Below, piece by piece: positions 13,701 to 27,700 of a stretch of DNA of 64,000 bases. The notes under the pieces are model-generated. The model saw only the letters and a list, made by a program, of their open reading frames with translations, was not told the DNA's origin and made no database searches. Source of the DNA: Macrostomum lignano. Lineage: Eukaryota. The stretch covers positions 181,708 to 245,707 of the forward strand of contig NIVC01001326.1 of NCBI GenBank assembly GCA_002269645.1, given 5' to 3'. The position numbers and the translations under genes were made by a program. How positions within the stretch are numbered: position 1 is the first letter of the stretch; each line of letters starts with the position of its first letter.

Positions 13701-14458
13701 CAATGTTAATGGCAAGGAACTTATCGCTGTACTAATAGGTAAAACTACCAGTAAAATTTTCATGGACAATGTATGTATTTCTACTACTAGTAGGTTGGTA
13801 GATACTCTAGTTAGTAGATAAATAAAAATAAAAATGCAAAATACACATCGATTAAACTAGGTGTAGTAGCTTAACTAAATTTCTAAAATCTATAGAACAG
13901 CTGTCAAAGCTAATCTTATGAGCTAACAATAATCTGAATGATTCAGATTATACTGATACTTTCTTAGGCCTAGTAATGATTGACAAATTCAACTTCAAAT
14001 TGAAAGTTAAAATATCTAGTTCTTCCTTAAACATGCTAAAAAATAGTTTTTTTATTAATTGATGCAAATTGTTTTCAAAAAAGAACTTAAATAAAACAAT
14101 AATCTAGATATTAAATTGAATCTATATCAGGCAGAAATTATAAAGAAATTTCTAAGACTATTATTGGCAATATACATGTCTAAAACTTGGCTAAGAGGCT
14201 GTTAACCAAGGTTGACCCCTCAAAAAATTAAAAAGCAAGAAGAACTATGAAATGGCCAAATGGGATGAAAAAGAAATAAGAAAAAAAAATAAGAAAAAAA
14301 TAATCAAAAGTTGAAAAGTAGAACATTAAAGCTAAGTTACACTTTTTGTTAAAAAAAACTAAGCTGCATAGCCAGTTTAAATTATAGAGATAAACAAATA
14401 TATGATTGGCAAAATAATATTTTATTCTTTCTACAATACTTTACTAAAATGAATTTTT

Positions 14459-14549
14459 GGCATAGTTCTAGTTTACTGCGTTAAATTATTTCGCCCCCTA
14501 TTCAAGGGTAGGGGGGTTGGAATATAACGAAGTAAACTAGAACTATGCC
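14459..14549. mobile_element. 91-bp MITE with GGCATA termini (Merlin-like)
   Basis: TIR GGCATAGTTCTAGTTTACT matches the reverse complement of AGTAAACTAGAACTATGCC. Flanks GAATTTTT / GAATTTTC form an 8-bp TSD with one mismatch. Confidence 0.75.
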
Positions 14550-16633
14550 GAATTTTCTATACCTATCTACATGTAGAACCACTAGCAGTAGGATACAATT
14601 GATTTTTAGAAAAAAAGCCCAAAACCATTCTTCTTTCATTTTGAATTTTTATAACTATAATAAGCAAGAATAGGCCTATATATTTTATCTTTAATTTAAA
14701 TAATACATGCTTGTTTATATTATAAATTTTATTTTATTTAAATTAGCCACATTATTAGTAATTATATAACTAGGCATAGTTATATTATTTAACAAGACTT
14801 AAAAATCTAAACTTATTTAATAGGAAATGCTTAGCATTTAAAATACTGGATCTTATTCTTATAATCCTCTATACACTATATATAGCCAGCCAGGGCCTAG
14901 TCTGTGACCAATTGTTGAGAAAATTTATAGCACAAGCTCATTAGATAAACCATTATAGAATTCTTGCATAAAAATTGCAATACACTGAAATTAAAAAATC
15001 CTTTGATTTAAAAATTTAATGCCCTTCGATTTAAAAGGCCCTGGACGCCTCACCCCGTAAATCCGCCAATGCAATCTAAATATACTAAATCTAAATATAC
15101 TAAATCTCTAAGGTTTGTATGCTTGAATGTCCATAACGCTCTACAGATTGCAATTCTTCACCGATTTTGATCGTGTTTTCGCCAAAAGATTCAAAATTTA
15201 ATATACTAGGCCTACTTAATACTGATAGGTTCGGTTGCGCAAGGCTGAAATTAGCTAATAAATTCGATCGCAAATCACGTTTGAGCATTATTTCTATCCG
15301 TTTCTGTTTTTTCTGCTTACTAATATCAAAGGTCAAAGCAAAACAAAACATGCAAGTCTGTAATCTCTGATTCTACAGTAAGAATTACTTGAGTCCCACG
15401 TTACCCATTTTAAAAAATAAGTTGCGGCGTCATAAGCTTGAACTCAATTAATGTGTATTCGATTGTAAAGTTAAAAGTCTTTTTTGAAATAAAGAAATAT
15501 AAACTACGTGAACTTATAAAGCTACATACGTATTACATCATTTAAAAAGTACTAACAATAAATTTGTTATGTCAATTAATCCTTTCTAAAAAAGCTTTAT
15601 CGCCAAAATTTAACATGTGGAATTTCAGAGACTAATTTAAGTTGTTACCTTAACAGTTTGAGACTACTGGTGTTTATTCGTCATACTCAAAAGTTTTCTG
15701 GCTGTTACCCAATAAGAGGTTGATATTTAAACCATTTTTGTGCTACATGCTCTATTTTCGTGCAAGAGCAATGAGCATATTTGTCTATTGAGAACACACT
15801 GTTTTATAATTAAAAATTGTCCACCGTGTGCAGCCTAGAGCCTAGAGAGACATGACGCGTGGTAGATGTGCTCTTGTATTTGCTCCAGAAAAATTACAGA
15901 AAGGAAGTCCACACAACATTTACTGTATGTTGAGTTAACTATTTTGAAAAAGCAAGCAATTGTTTTACTATTTGTACTATTAATTAAGAGCAGTCACAAC
16001 AAGTTATTAAACGTGATTAGTTTGTTCAATTGTTATCAATCGAATTACTGTTACTTTATTTTATTTAAATACTCCTCATACTTGCTAAATTTAGTGGAGT
16101 ACATTATTTTTGAAGTCTCTTTTGCTGTTTTAGGTATACAAGTCGCATAGCGATTATGCTTTTTGTACTAGTCTAGGATTACAATATGTTGTACTATCAA
16201 TTGTTTATTATAGATATATTACATATACATCATCGAAACTTGCCTTTACACATAGGAACAAACTACACGTATAAACATTCCAGAATATGAATATAAAAAT
16301 AATATCTAAACAATGTTTAGCTAGGATGTATTGAATGCTAGCTTATAAGCTTTTATGCTGATTTTTTAGCTCGCAATTGGCTGTACTTTTGCGAACTGAA
16401 GTCGATAAATTAGATTATGTCTCGATACTCTAAAGCTATTAACTAGCTTGTTGTATTTTACAGACTTGTATGCAAAATATAACCTACATTTGTAAACTTA
16501 CGTTCAATTGGTTTTCCTAATTTTTATGAGGCGCAAAAACTTAAAGTAAATTGGATCTTATTTTAAATAATAAATTATTTACATGTTCTTCATTAACAAA
16601 GAGTAATTAAATTTCCTCCTTCATGCTGCCTCC

Positions 16634-19600
16634 ATGTCTCTTTTCAAAGCCAGAGACTGGTGGCGGTGCCAATGCGGCTCTGGTGAAGAGTTTGACAATG
16701 GTTGCTTAGCAACTGGTCGCCTTCTGCAAGACCTGCAGCAATTCGTTGCAATCGGCAGTCACTCTGGCATTCTCCGAATTTTCAAGCCGGTCAAAGGAGA
16801 TGCCACGGGTACGGAGAGCACCTGTCTGGAAAAGGATCTTCGAGGCCCAATCCTGGCCGTTGCCATTGGCAACCTGATCTCAGAGGGCCGGGGCCTGGCC
16901 GTGCTGCACGACCGCAAGCTGGCAGTGTACACCCTGAGCTGCACACAGGGCCATTCCAACGGGGGCTCAGCCTATTCTCTGCGACTTGCCTACGAGCACA
17001 GCCTGAAGAAGAGCGGCTACAATCTCTGCTGCGGCCCGTTCGGAAAAGTGGAACGACGCGACTTCATCGCCGTGCAGCATCTTGACGCCGCGGTGTCGGT
17101 CTTCGAGCAAGAGAGCTTCTCTTTTATTCGCTACCTGCCCAACGCTGTGCTGCCCGGTCCGATGGCCTACCTGCCCGCTAGCGACATTTTTGTGACTGGC
17201 AACTCTGCCCGGGTAGTTGAGGCATACAAGTACAACTCGCTGGCCGTAGCCACTGACGCTCAGGATGACCCGAAGGTAAAGCGAGAAATGACCAGCTCTC
17301 TATCCATTGTCAGTATCTGTACTGCTACACTGCTCTGCATGAACTGCATTACCCTGGTCATATGAAAGCTGAGAGCCATTCTAAGACGAACTGGAGGTTG
17401 GTTGTCGGGACCAATTAAGCTTTACACAAGGACCACTAGCAGTATATCAGGACGCTACACTCAAAGATCGTGTAATTTAGCATGCACAGCATGTTACTAA
17501 TAAGCATTGAAATGAAACTATGCCTAAAATAATGGCTCCAGAGTACCTGACTGTGCTAATCTTTAGTAATCCAAATCAAATGGAATAATTGATTTTGTAA
17601 TGAAAAAATGATGTTTTCCTATCTTCATAGTCTTAGTCTATTTTTTACGGAAATCGGCCACCAAGAAAATTACACGATCCTTTAAGTGTAGCGTCCTGAT
17701 ATACTGCTAGTGGTCCTTGGCTTCACAATGCAATGGTTCTAGAAAGGCCCGCATATGCACCATCAGTCGTCCTACTCACCCCAACTCGCCAGTCCCGTCG
17801 GGTGAAGCACGAATGGGTGCACAACTCCGGCGAGCTCGTGCTGGACATCCGCGCCTGGCCGCGCCAGGAGGCCGTGCTGGTGCTGAACTACCGCTCGGTG
17901 CTGTGCCTCTCCGAGGCGGCCGGGCAGCCAAATTGGGCGCTGCGATTTGAAGTGCCACCGGCGGCAATCCTGCCGCTGACGTCCAACTGGCTGGTGGCCA
18001 GCAGCACCGGCCAGCTGCTGGTGCTGCACGAGAACGAGCTGCTCTGGGGAGCTCAGCACAGCGCGACCCCCGTGCAGCTGCAGCTGGTGACGGCCGGCCA
18101 GACCGAGGGACTCATCGTTGCGCTCACCGAGGACGGCAGGTGCGACGCCCTGTACCTGGGCACCGACCCCAGCCTGCCGATCATGAATCCGAGCTCGGCG
18201 TTCCGCGACCTGGACGTGACCAGGCTGGACGGCGAGCTGCGGGCGATTCAAGGCCGAATCCGGCAGGCCACCAGCGGCGCCTCCCTGCCAGCCGTCAAGG
18301 AGACCGCCGACCTGCAGCTGAACTTCCACGTGGCCGCTTCGTCGCGTCCAATTGGTGCAGCTCCAGAAGTTTCAGTGACAGTTCAGGTAGATTTGCATTG
18401 CAGCAACCTCATAAATAACAATATGTTGTTAGTAGGTATTAAAGATGAGAGCAGCGTGAGAGGGCGCGCCTAACGATTTGAAAGCAGACATAGGCTGCAT
18501 GCAGCATGCCCGCATCTCATCATCGGTAGGGTGGCACTTGCAGCGTCAGCAGCTGTGGGCAGTATGACTCGGCGCAGTTGAAGTGACCTCCCAGATGGAA
18601 TTGTCAATGGCACAATAGGTTACCTGGACGGACCAGGCGTTGTGCAGCAGGGCAAAAATGATGAAGAATAACAACGAGTAAAACGGCCCTTTTCAGTCCA
18701 CATAATCAACTTTAATTAAACACAAAATTGCTTTATAAAAACAAATTTACAGGGCCGCACAAAGTCGCACATTCAAGAGGTGCAGCTGTGCCTGCAGCCG
18801 CCGGCGCCGTTGCAGGTGTCGCAGCCTCGCCTCACATTCTCCTTCGTGGACTCGTCGCATCCGTTGGAGGCCGAGGTGCAGTTCTCCGTCGGGCCCAACA
18901 GCACCGCCTGCGCCCCAGCCAGCCTGCAGGCCACGGTGGTGGCCACCTTCACCAGCACGGCTGGCTCGCCAAAGTGCGTCCAGTCCGTCATTCACCTGCC
19001 GTTCGCGGCGTGCGTCCAGCCGGTGCTGCCTGAGAAGCAGGCGCGCTGCAAGCTGACGCTGGAATTCAACAAGCCGCCGGTGCCGCTTGATCAGCTGTTC
19101 CCCGAGCTGCAGCTGCCGGAGCTCGAGCCTGGTGGACAGGTAAATAATCCTAACGGCAAGGTTTGACCAAATGTGTTGCAATTGCCAGCTTGTACTTAAT
19201 GATACAATGCTGTATGCCATTGGTTTTATGGACAACTAAAAGTAAAAACGGACGCTACATGCAAACATGCATAAGCATTAATGCAAACTACATCAGTTGA
19301 ACTTCTAGATCTCAGAAAATTAGACATCAGAGTAAATTTTGAGTATATCGTTCCTCAGCTGTACTTATCCATAATAGGCATGGCTTTTATTGTCTCTGTG
19401 AACCACTTAAATCATTCCTTCTATTCATTGTTGAATTTGTGAGCTCAGTGAACATTGACTTCCATACAGTAACGATTTAAGTTATCAACGTGTTTGCCTT
19501 TTTCTGTGTCTAAATCCACTACTGCCAAATTGGAATTCTCAACTTTTCTATCATGTTGCAGCTTCATTTACCTCTCTACTATCAGTAGTGCAAATTAGTA

Positions 19601-21792
19601 CCGCTTTTGACCAATCCCACTGCACACAGGCTGTGGCTTTTCGCTACCTGCCAGACAGCGCCACAGTGACTCTGGTGGCCTCCCAGACGGCCAGCAAGTA
19701 TCGCCTGCAGGGCGACAGTCTCGACCAGCTGACGCTGCCTCTGCGCGAGCTGCGTCAACGCCTGCGCGGTCACCATGGCGACGCGTTGCGCTGCAACCTG
19801 GCCTGCCCGCTGCCGCTGCCGGACTACTGCGAACTGGTGGACTGGCACTGGGAGTGCCGCCAGCGGGTGGCCAGCCTGGACGCTCAGCTGGAACAGAAGG
19901 CCGCTCAGTTCAGGTGCTGATGAACTCCGCTGACTTGTTGTTGATTATGGGCTGCACAATCGGCCAATGTAGAATGCACAGACAACTAAATTACATGTAG
20001 AATAATGCTACCCTTGCAAGTGCCTTAGAGAGATAGGAGATCTAAACTGATTTGGAAAAGACATTTTTACACAGCCCCTGAGTCAAATGGTTTCGCCATA
20101 AACAAAAATTTCTAGCCCTAGAAAAAGTACACTAAAAAGACAGGAGCACCACAAATTTCGCCACAACCTTGCTTGCTTGCCGGTCTCTGGTAGCATTTAG
20201 GAAAAAACTTCTTGATAAGCTTGTGAGAGCATCTCGGAAAAAACACAAATTTGCTTGTTTTGCCATTCGGAAGATTCCAGAAAGAGAGAAATATTGCTAT
20301 TTTCGTGTTTAAAAAACTGAAAACTTTCTGTCTCGCCAATGTGCAATTTGGCGAAATTTTTTGAAGGCATTCTCGTCTGTCATTTCAACAATGATGAAGT
20401 CTCCATCGTAGTTGCCCCCCGCCCCATTTGCTCACCCATTCGCAGGGCGGTGCAGAAGCGGCTGCTGGCCAAATTCAAGGACAAAACCGCCGGGCCGCTG
20501 CAGAGCCTCGACCTGCTGCTGGAAAGCGCCGGCGAGCAGGCCATGTCGCTTGCCGAAGAAGCCGAAGCCGCCAGCCAGGCGTTGCGAGCCTCCGGCCAGC
20601 GAGTCTGCGCCGCCGGGGCCGCCCTGGCCGAGTTGCTGCAGCTGGCCGGCCCGGCCGAACAGCTGGGCAGCGTTCTGAGCGACCAGCTGGATGATTTTCC
20701 CGAGTGTGGCCTCGCTGAACAATTGGACGCTGCTCTGACTCACCTACTGCGCACCGGGCTCAGCCGAAGCGGCGCAAAGGTAATTTCTATCGGAATTCTT
20801 TCTTCATCAGTGATGACGTAACACTTTTAAGGCCAAGTTTACTTTCAAAGTGACCGCAGTCGATAACAAACGCCGAGACATCCAATTCCGTACAAGGACG
20901 CGCCGTAGCCCAGTGGTCCGGCGCGGCGCTCTGATGTGCCAGCGGCCCAGGCTCGATTCCAAGTGCAGTCGCATTAATTTTGGGCTAAATTGGAATCTCG
21001 GATTGGCTCTGCTCATGAAATTAACGCCCTTGAGGGCCAACCCTCCCAGGGCACAGTGAAGTGTACATGCCTAACGATAAATAAAGTCTAACGCCGCTGT
21101 ACACTCCTGTGTGAGCGTGTGTCTATGCGTATGACTGCGTCCGTATCCGCGCGCTTATGTTTCTCTCGCCGGTTGTGTGACAAAGTCGCTTAAAGTGATG
21201 CGCCAGAGTACACAAAACCCCCTGTTTAGGCTTTCACGTCCTCATTGAAGCTTTCACACCCTCATTGAAGCTTTCACACCCCGGCTCCCCGTAGGACGCG
21301 ATGGTCAGCGGCGCCGGTCGGCTGGAGCCAGCCAAGGACGTCGCTAAGCTGAAGAAGCACGTCCAGATGCTGTGCGAAAAGCTGGCCAGAGGCGCCACAA
21401 TTGCGCCGTTGCCGGCGCCTGGCGCCGCCGCTGCCGCCTCGGCAGCCGCAGCAGCTGCCGGTTCGGTCGCTCCCACCTCTGCCCTGCCGGTGATCCGAGA
21501 GCCGGACAGCAGGGGCGGCATCGGCGGCGCCCCATCCGGTGAGGACTTCCTGAACGGCTCGTTGAACGCCAGCCAGCAGTTCATGAGCCCGCGAGCCGCC
21601 GACTCGAGCAAGAAGCAACGGCACAAGAAGAAGAAGAAGCAGAAGAAGCACCATCGCGACAGGGAGGACGGCGAGGAGGAAGAGGAGGCGGACATGTTCG
21701 GCTCGGCGCGCTCAAAGCCGGCGCCGAGAGAGCTGGAGAAGGCATCGGCGCTGCTGGCGCCTGCCGCTGAGTCGGCCGGGTTTTATGACTGA
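16634..21792 (+). CDS. BBS9: Bardet-Biedl syndrome 9 (PTHB1). Exons 16634-17275, 17793-18386, 18753-19139, 19630-19913, 20446-20779, 21295-21792.
   Basis: MSLFKARDWW start, EEFDNGCL, LAVLHDRKLAVY, LYLGTDPS, ASKYRLQG, QF|RAVQKRLLAKFKDK and KLKKHVQMLCEKL. All five introns are GT-AG and keep the frame. Confidence 0.96.
17427..17719. mobile_element. 293-bp MITE with ~52-bp TIRs starting CAAGG (P-superfamily-like) in BBS9 intron 1
   Basis: CAAGGACCACTAGCAGTATATCAGGACGCTACACT..GATCGTGTAATTT at 17427 is the near-perfect reverse complement of 17667-17719. Flanks GCTTTACA / GCTTCACA form an 8-bp TSD with one mismatch. Confidence 0.85.
20897..21170 (+). mobile_element. tRNA-derived SINE, best-preserved copy, in BBS9 intron 5
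   Basis: A-box TAGCCCAGTGG (20906-20916) and B-box GGCTCGATTCC (20950-20960), 33 nt apart, followed by a body shared with the other copies. Confidence 0.8.
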
Positions 21793-24126
21793 GAAGATTA
21801 TGAAGCATATGGAGCCTGGGACCTTTGGCTGGGATGGGCTGCGCGTAGAGTCATAATCTGAAATCCCGGTTCCAACAAAAACGCTGTTCAGGTGTCAATG
21901 CGGTCCGATGGAGAAAAAGAAGAACGTCGCTTGAGTTGCAAATCGTGCGATTATTGCTGGAGGCGGGTTTTCGGTGCAAAATGCATTGGTAAGATGGGAG
22001 GTACTAAGTTTTTAGCACTTCATTGACAGTGTCTCAGCGTCTGTACTTCAAGTAGTTAAGTTGTGCTCTTATCATAGACAAAACTGAGGTTTTATTTCGA
22101 ATATTTGAGCACAAACCGGCCGAATATGATCGAATGTGTTCAGAATTGAATTTAATATTATAATTAATCAAACAACTGAAAATACTCTGAGCTCCGTCCA
22201 TAATTAATAGCACTTATTTTTGCCTCTGGTCTACGAGCTATGGATAATTAACAGCAATTTTTTGTTATACTGTTGTTTCCCTTCTATACTGTCGAAAAGC
22301 GTAGATGATTTTAGGGTCTGTACCGTGCTCGCCTAATGGTGTCACTCGATTCTTGTTCAATTCTATTTTTAATCAGCCATTTGCGGCATGCTGTTACTGG
22401 TGGCCTGATTGTAGATCGAACGTTTCTATCATCAGCTAGTCTCTTTAGTCTGCAGCGACTCTGTTCTCGAAATGGGTCGCATTTTACCCCGCAGCAATGG
22501 GAACTGCGGTTGAAGGTTCCTCAAAAACTGGTAAATTATTCTTCTGTGAATTCTATTATAGTTAGCACGAGGTTGATAAATTAGTCTTAAAACTTAGTCT
22601 TCCCAGCCCTTTAATTTTTAACACCAAACCAACATATTGCTTATCATCATACACAAATGAAGGTCATAGGCAGCAATGGGCTTTTGACCATAAGACTTTC
22701 TCAGCGGTCGGGGCGAATATATACAGTTTTTGCGGATCACTTTGATCTCGCAGATGCAGGAGTTATACAAAGCAAGCTATAAAAGAGTTGGTCCCATCTT
22801 GAGAATAGATCGAGTTAATCTTTGATCTTGCTTTCATAAATGTTGTGATCGAGCACCGCGTGTACTTTTCCTACTAAGTTAGCTATACGTAACGACAGAG
22901 CAAACGAACGCATTGTCCGTTCTGGACTTGGCGTTAAGTGAGCTTTAAAGTTGCCACGTAATGGAGTTATAGTTTCTCTGGTAATAATTTTTGCACAGAT
23001 TTTTCTTCTTGCAATTTCTGTGATTTCACAAAATTCAATCTGCAGCACGCAGACCGCTCACTCTATACTACTTGTTACTGTAATATAGTAGCTAAGTTAC
23101 AATATTACCGAACTGACTTTACTTCGCCACAGTACAGGTTGGGTACACTTGAAGCAGTTACAAAATATCGTGATTTTGTTCAATCTAGACGACTATTGTT
23201 TCAAATTCGGATATGGTGTAATTGTCTATGAGAAACCTTGCTTGCTGACTGACTGCCCTTGTAAATTAACTTTTTTTTAAAACGACCCAGTCAAACTATA
23301 CCGCTAAGACTCAAGTAGTTAGCCCAACCCCGTTGCTTCAATGCCTAACATTCCGATAAAATGAATTCATAACTATTTTATCACTGCAAAGTAACACGGA
23401 TGCTGTTGTGCCACTGTCTCAATGTGCTTGTGTATCTTTTTTCTTCAATTTACAGAGTAGCAACTGATTTTCGAATCCTGTTATCTTGCTATTGTTAACC
23501 AACAGTAAGCGAATTCTCCTTTGTGTCTCAAATATTTCAGGTGTTCTGCACACTTGGCATAAGCCGCTCTTGATTTTCTGCCTCTAATAAATGATTAATA
23601 AGCATTCATTATTGTTTGATAATTAATTTTTAAAAATACTCGTAGTTTATATTTGATAAATATTTATATCACACAGACACCTTCGACATATTGGGGAAAG
23701 AAATCAATGGAAAACCAGTACATAAATGAAGCTATATATAGTTTTAAATAATGAAAATGAAAATAAAACAGCAACTACGCAAGTATCGTTAATGAAAAGC
23801 TGTTGGTAAATACCGTTTTAGGCTTAAATGAAGCAAAATATTCGAATACAACAGATAAAATCGCAATTCTACCAGTATCTAGTTATAATCAGTATAAATT
23901 TGTATGAACCGGAAAAATAAATGATTGCTGAAAATTTTGTTTGATACTTTAGTACACTACCTCTGCACTCTTTGCTCGGATCGGAAGGCGGCCGTCGGCA
24001 AACTAAGTGCTCTTGCACTGCAGGATAGACAGATGAGAATTAAGACAGGATGAGATGCGGGCGCGAGGCAGTGGTTCGGATAGAAATCTGGCGTGAGCTT
24101 CCTTTTAAAATGGTTTGAGGGTTTGA

Positions 24127-24460
24127 AAGCCTGATGTGAGGTGGGTGTGCGGGAATGGGTTTGAGGGGTAAGGAAAGAAGCGTGGCGTGAGGTGGGTGTG
24201 CATGAATGGGTTTGAGAAAGGGGCCTGGCGTCAGACGGGTGTGCTGGCATGGGTTTGAGGGGTAAGGAAAGAAGCGTGGCGTGAGGTGGGTGTGCATGAA
24301 TGGGTTTGAGAAAGGGGCCTGGCGTCAGACGGGTGTGTTGGCATGGGTTTGAGGGGTAAGGAAAGAAGCGTGGCGTGAGGTGGGTGTGCATGAATGGGTT
24401 TGAGAAAGGGGCCTGGCGTCAGACGGGTGTGTTGGCATGGGTTTGAGGGGTGAGGGCCTG
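24127..24460. repeat. 94-bp tandem repeat, about 3.5 copies
   Basis: The unit GAGGTGGGTGTGCATGAATGGGTTTGAGAAAGGGGCCTGGCGTCAGACGGG... recurs at 94-bp spacing. Confidence 0.9.
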
Positions 24461-24750
24461 GCGTAAGGGTGATGTGCGTGAGGGGGCCTTGCTAAAAAGG
24501 GGTAGAAGGTGATTTAAGCTTACTTGCTTTAACGCTGTAACAAAAAATTCGTCGGGAATTTCTTTTTTAGTTGATTGTTTTTATGCAATCAAGCTAGTAG
24601 GATCTTCCGAGATTATGCATAAGATTAATGCAACATTAAACAAATACGAGTACTAAGCACAAGAAAAGCAACGAAAGCATGAATAGACTTTGTGTGCAAT
24701 AGGAATAAAATTCAATGTTTTTATACACACGCGCTTAGTGCTGTATTGGC

Positions 24751-27700
24751 TTAACACCACATCGGCCACCAGAGAAACGGAGAGAACAGCAGAGCTCCGG
24801 CCGCGAATCCCAGAGCCGCGTCGCCGGCGCAGCACGACCGACAGCCGTAGCAGCTGTGCCGATGGCAGAACGGCGGCCGGCCATCCTCGTAGACGACCAC
24901 AGTATTGCCGTCCGGGTGATAGATTACCCTTGCCGGCACGTTGCAGCCGTTCTCAACGTAGATTACCCGCTGCGACTGGTACTGTCCCTGATTAGCCGGC
25001 TGAGGCCCGTAGCCGTACTGACTGTACGGAGGCGGCGGAGGCGGCTGCTGGTACTGCCTGTACTGATGGTACTGCTGCGGCAGCGGCGCCGATGCCGGTC
25101 TGGCCTGACGCGCCTCCTCAAGCGTCAGCAGCCAGGCGTCCGCATCGTCCGGATCGTCGGCGCAGAAGCGCCAAGTTTTGTCCGGCGTGGAGAAAGCGAA
25201 TACAGCGGCGTAGGGCCGACCGTCCGGCGGGCTGACCCGGCAGGCCTCGCCGCGCATTGTGCCCTGCACCTCCACAGGGATGGAGAGGGTCTCTTCGGCG
25301 ATCAGCTTGTCTGGCGATTCGAAGTACTTTAAGTCGCCGTTGGCGTAGATTACCGTCCAGCATTTCTTCCAACGGTGAAGGATGTCGCCTGCCAATGAAC
25401 GTAAAGCAGCGCTTTAAATGTTGCTTACAGCTGTCTACCGACTCCGACTCTCCTCAGTAGATCACTGCTGTCTACCGACTCTCCTCAGTAGATCACTGCT
25501 GTCTACCGACTCTCCTCAGTAGATTACAGCTGTCTACCGACTCCCCTCAGTAGATTACAGCTGTCTACCGACTCCGAGTCTCCTCAGTAGATCACTGCTG
25601 TCTACCGACTCCCCTCAGTAGATTACAGCTGTCTACCGACTCTCCTCAGTAGATCACTGCTGTCTACCGACTCTCCTCAGTAGATCACTGCTGTCTACCG
25701 ACTCTCCTCAGTAGATTACAGCTGTCTACCGACTCTCCTCAGTAGATCACTGCTGTCTACCGACTCTCCTCAGTAGATTACAGCTGTCTACCGACTCTCC
25801 TCAGTAGATCACTGCTGTCTACCGACTCTCCTCAGTAGATCACTGCTGTCTACCGACTCCCCTCAGTAGATCACTGCTGTCTACCGACTCTCCTCAGTAG
25901 ATCACTGCTGTCTACCGACTCCCCTCAGTAGATCACTGCTGTCTACCGACTCTCCTCAGTAGATCACTGCTGTCTACCGACTCTCCTCAGTAGATCACTG
26001 CTGTCTACCGACTCCCCTCAGTAGATCACTGCTGTCTACCGACTCTCCTCAGTAGATCACTGCTGTCTACCGACTCTCCTCAGTAGATCACTGCTGTCTA
26101 CCGACTCTCCTCAGTAGATCACTGCTGTCTACCGACTCTCCTCAGTAGATCACTGCTGTCTACCGACTCTCCTCAGTAGATCACTGCTGTCTACCGACTC
26201 TCCTCAGTAGATCACTGCTGTCTACCGACTCTCCTCAGTAGATCACTGCTGTCTACCGACTCTCCTCAGTAGATCACTGCTGTCTACCGACTCCCCTCAG
26301 TAGATCACTGCTGTCTACCGACTCCCCTCAGTAGATCACTGCTGTCTACCGACTCTCCTCAGTAGATCACTGCTGTCTACCGACTCTCCTCAGTAGATTA
26401 CAGCTGTCTACCGACTCTCCTCAGTAGATCACTGCTGTCTACCGACTCTCCTCAGTAGATTACAGCTGTCTACCGACTCTCCTCAGTAGATCACTGCTGT
26501 CTACCGACTCTCCTCAGTAGATCACTGCTGTCTACCGACTATCCTCAGTAGATCACTGCTGTCTACCGACTCTCCTCAGTAGATCACTGCTGTCTACCGA
26601 CTCTCCTCAGTAGATCACTGCTGTCTACCGACTCTCCTCAGTAGATCACTGCTGTCTACCGACTCTCCTCAGTAGATCACTGCTGTCTACCGACTCTCCT
26701 CAGTAGATCACTGCTGTCTACCGACTCCCCTCAGTAGATCACTGCTGTCTACCGACTCCCCTCAGTAGATCACTGCTGTCTACCGACTCTCCTCAGTAGA
26801 TCACTGCTGTCTACCGACTCTCCTCAGTAGATTACAGCTGTCTACCGACTCTCCTCAGTAGATCACTGCTGTCTACCGACTCTCCTCAGTAGATTACAGC
26901 TGTCTACCGACTCTCCTCAGTAGATCACTGCTGTCTACCGACTCTCCTCAGTAGATCACTGCTGTCTACCGACTCTCCTCAGTAGATCACTGCTGTCTAC
27001 CGACTCTCCTCAGTAGATCACTGCTGTCTACCGACTCTCCTCAGTAGATCACTGCTGTCTACCGACTATCCTCAGTAGATCACTGCTGTCTACCGACTCT
27101 CCTCAGTAGATCACTGCTGTCTACCGACTCTCCTCAGTAGATTACAGCTGTCTACCGACTCTCCTCAGTAGATCACTGCTGTCTACCGACTATCCTCAGT
27201 AGATCACTGCTGTCTACCGACTCCCCTCAGTAGATCACTGCTGTCTACCGACTCTCCTCAGTAGATCACTGCTGTCTACCGACTCCCCTCAGTAGATCAC
27301 TGCTGTCTACCGACTCCCCTCAGTAGATCACTGCTGTCTACCGACTCCCCTCAGTAGATCACTGCTGTCTACCGACTCTCCTCAGTAGATCACTGCTGTC
27401 TACCGACTCTCCTCAGTAGATCACTGCTGTCTACCGACTCTCCTCAGTAGATCACTGCCGTCTACCGACTCCCCTCAGTAGATCACTGCTGTCTACCGAC
27501 TCCCCTCAGTAGATCACATCACTGCTGTCTACCGACTCTCCTCAGTAGATCACTGCTGTCTACCGACTCTCCTCAGTAGATCACTGCTGTCTACCGACTC
27601 TCCTCAGTAGATCACTGCCGTCTACCGACTCCCCTCAGTAGATCACTGCTGTCTACCGACTCCCCTCAGTAGATCACTGCTGTCTACCGACTCTCCTCAG

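Noticed and set aside
14891-15043. CAGGGCC...GGCCCTG as a hAT MITE
   Set aside because: Only 7 bp of inverted match and no target-site duplication.
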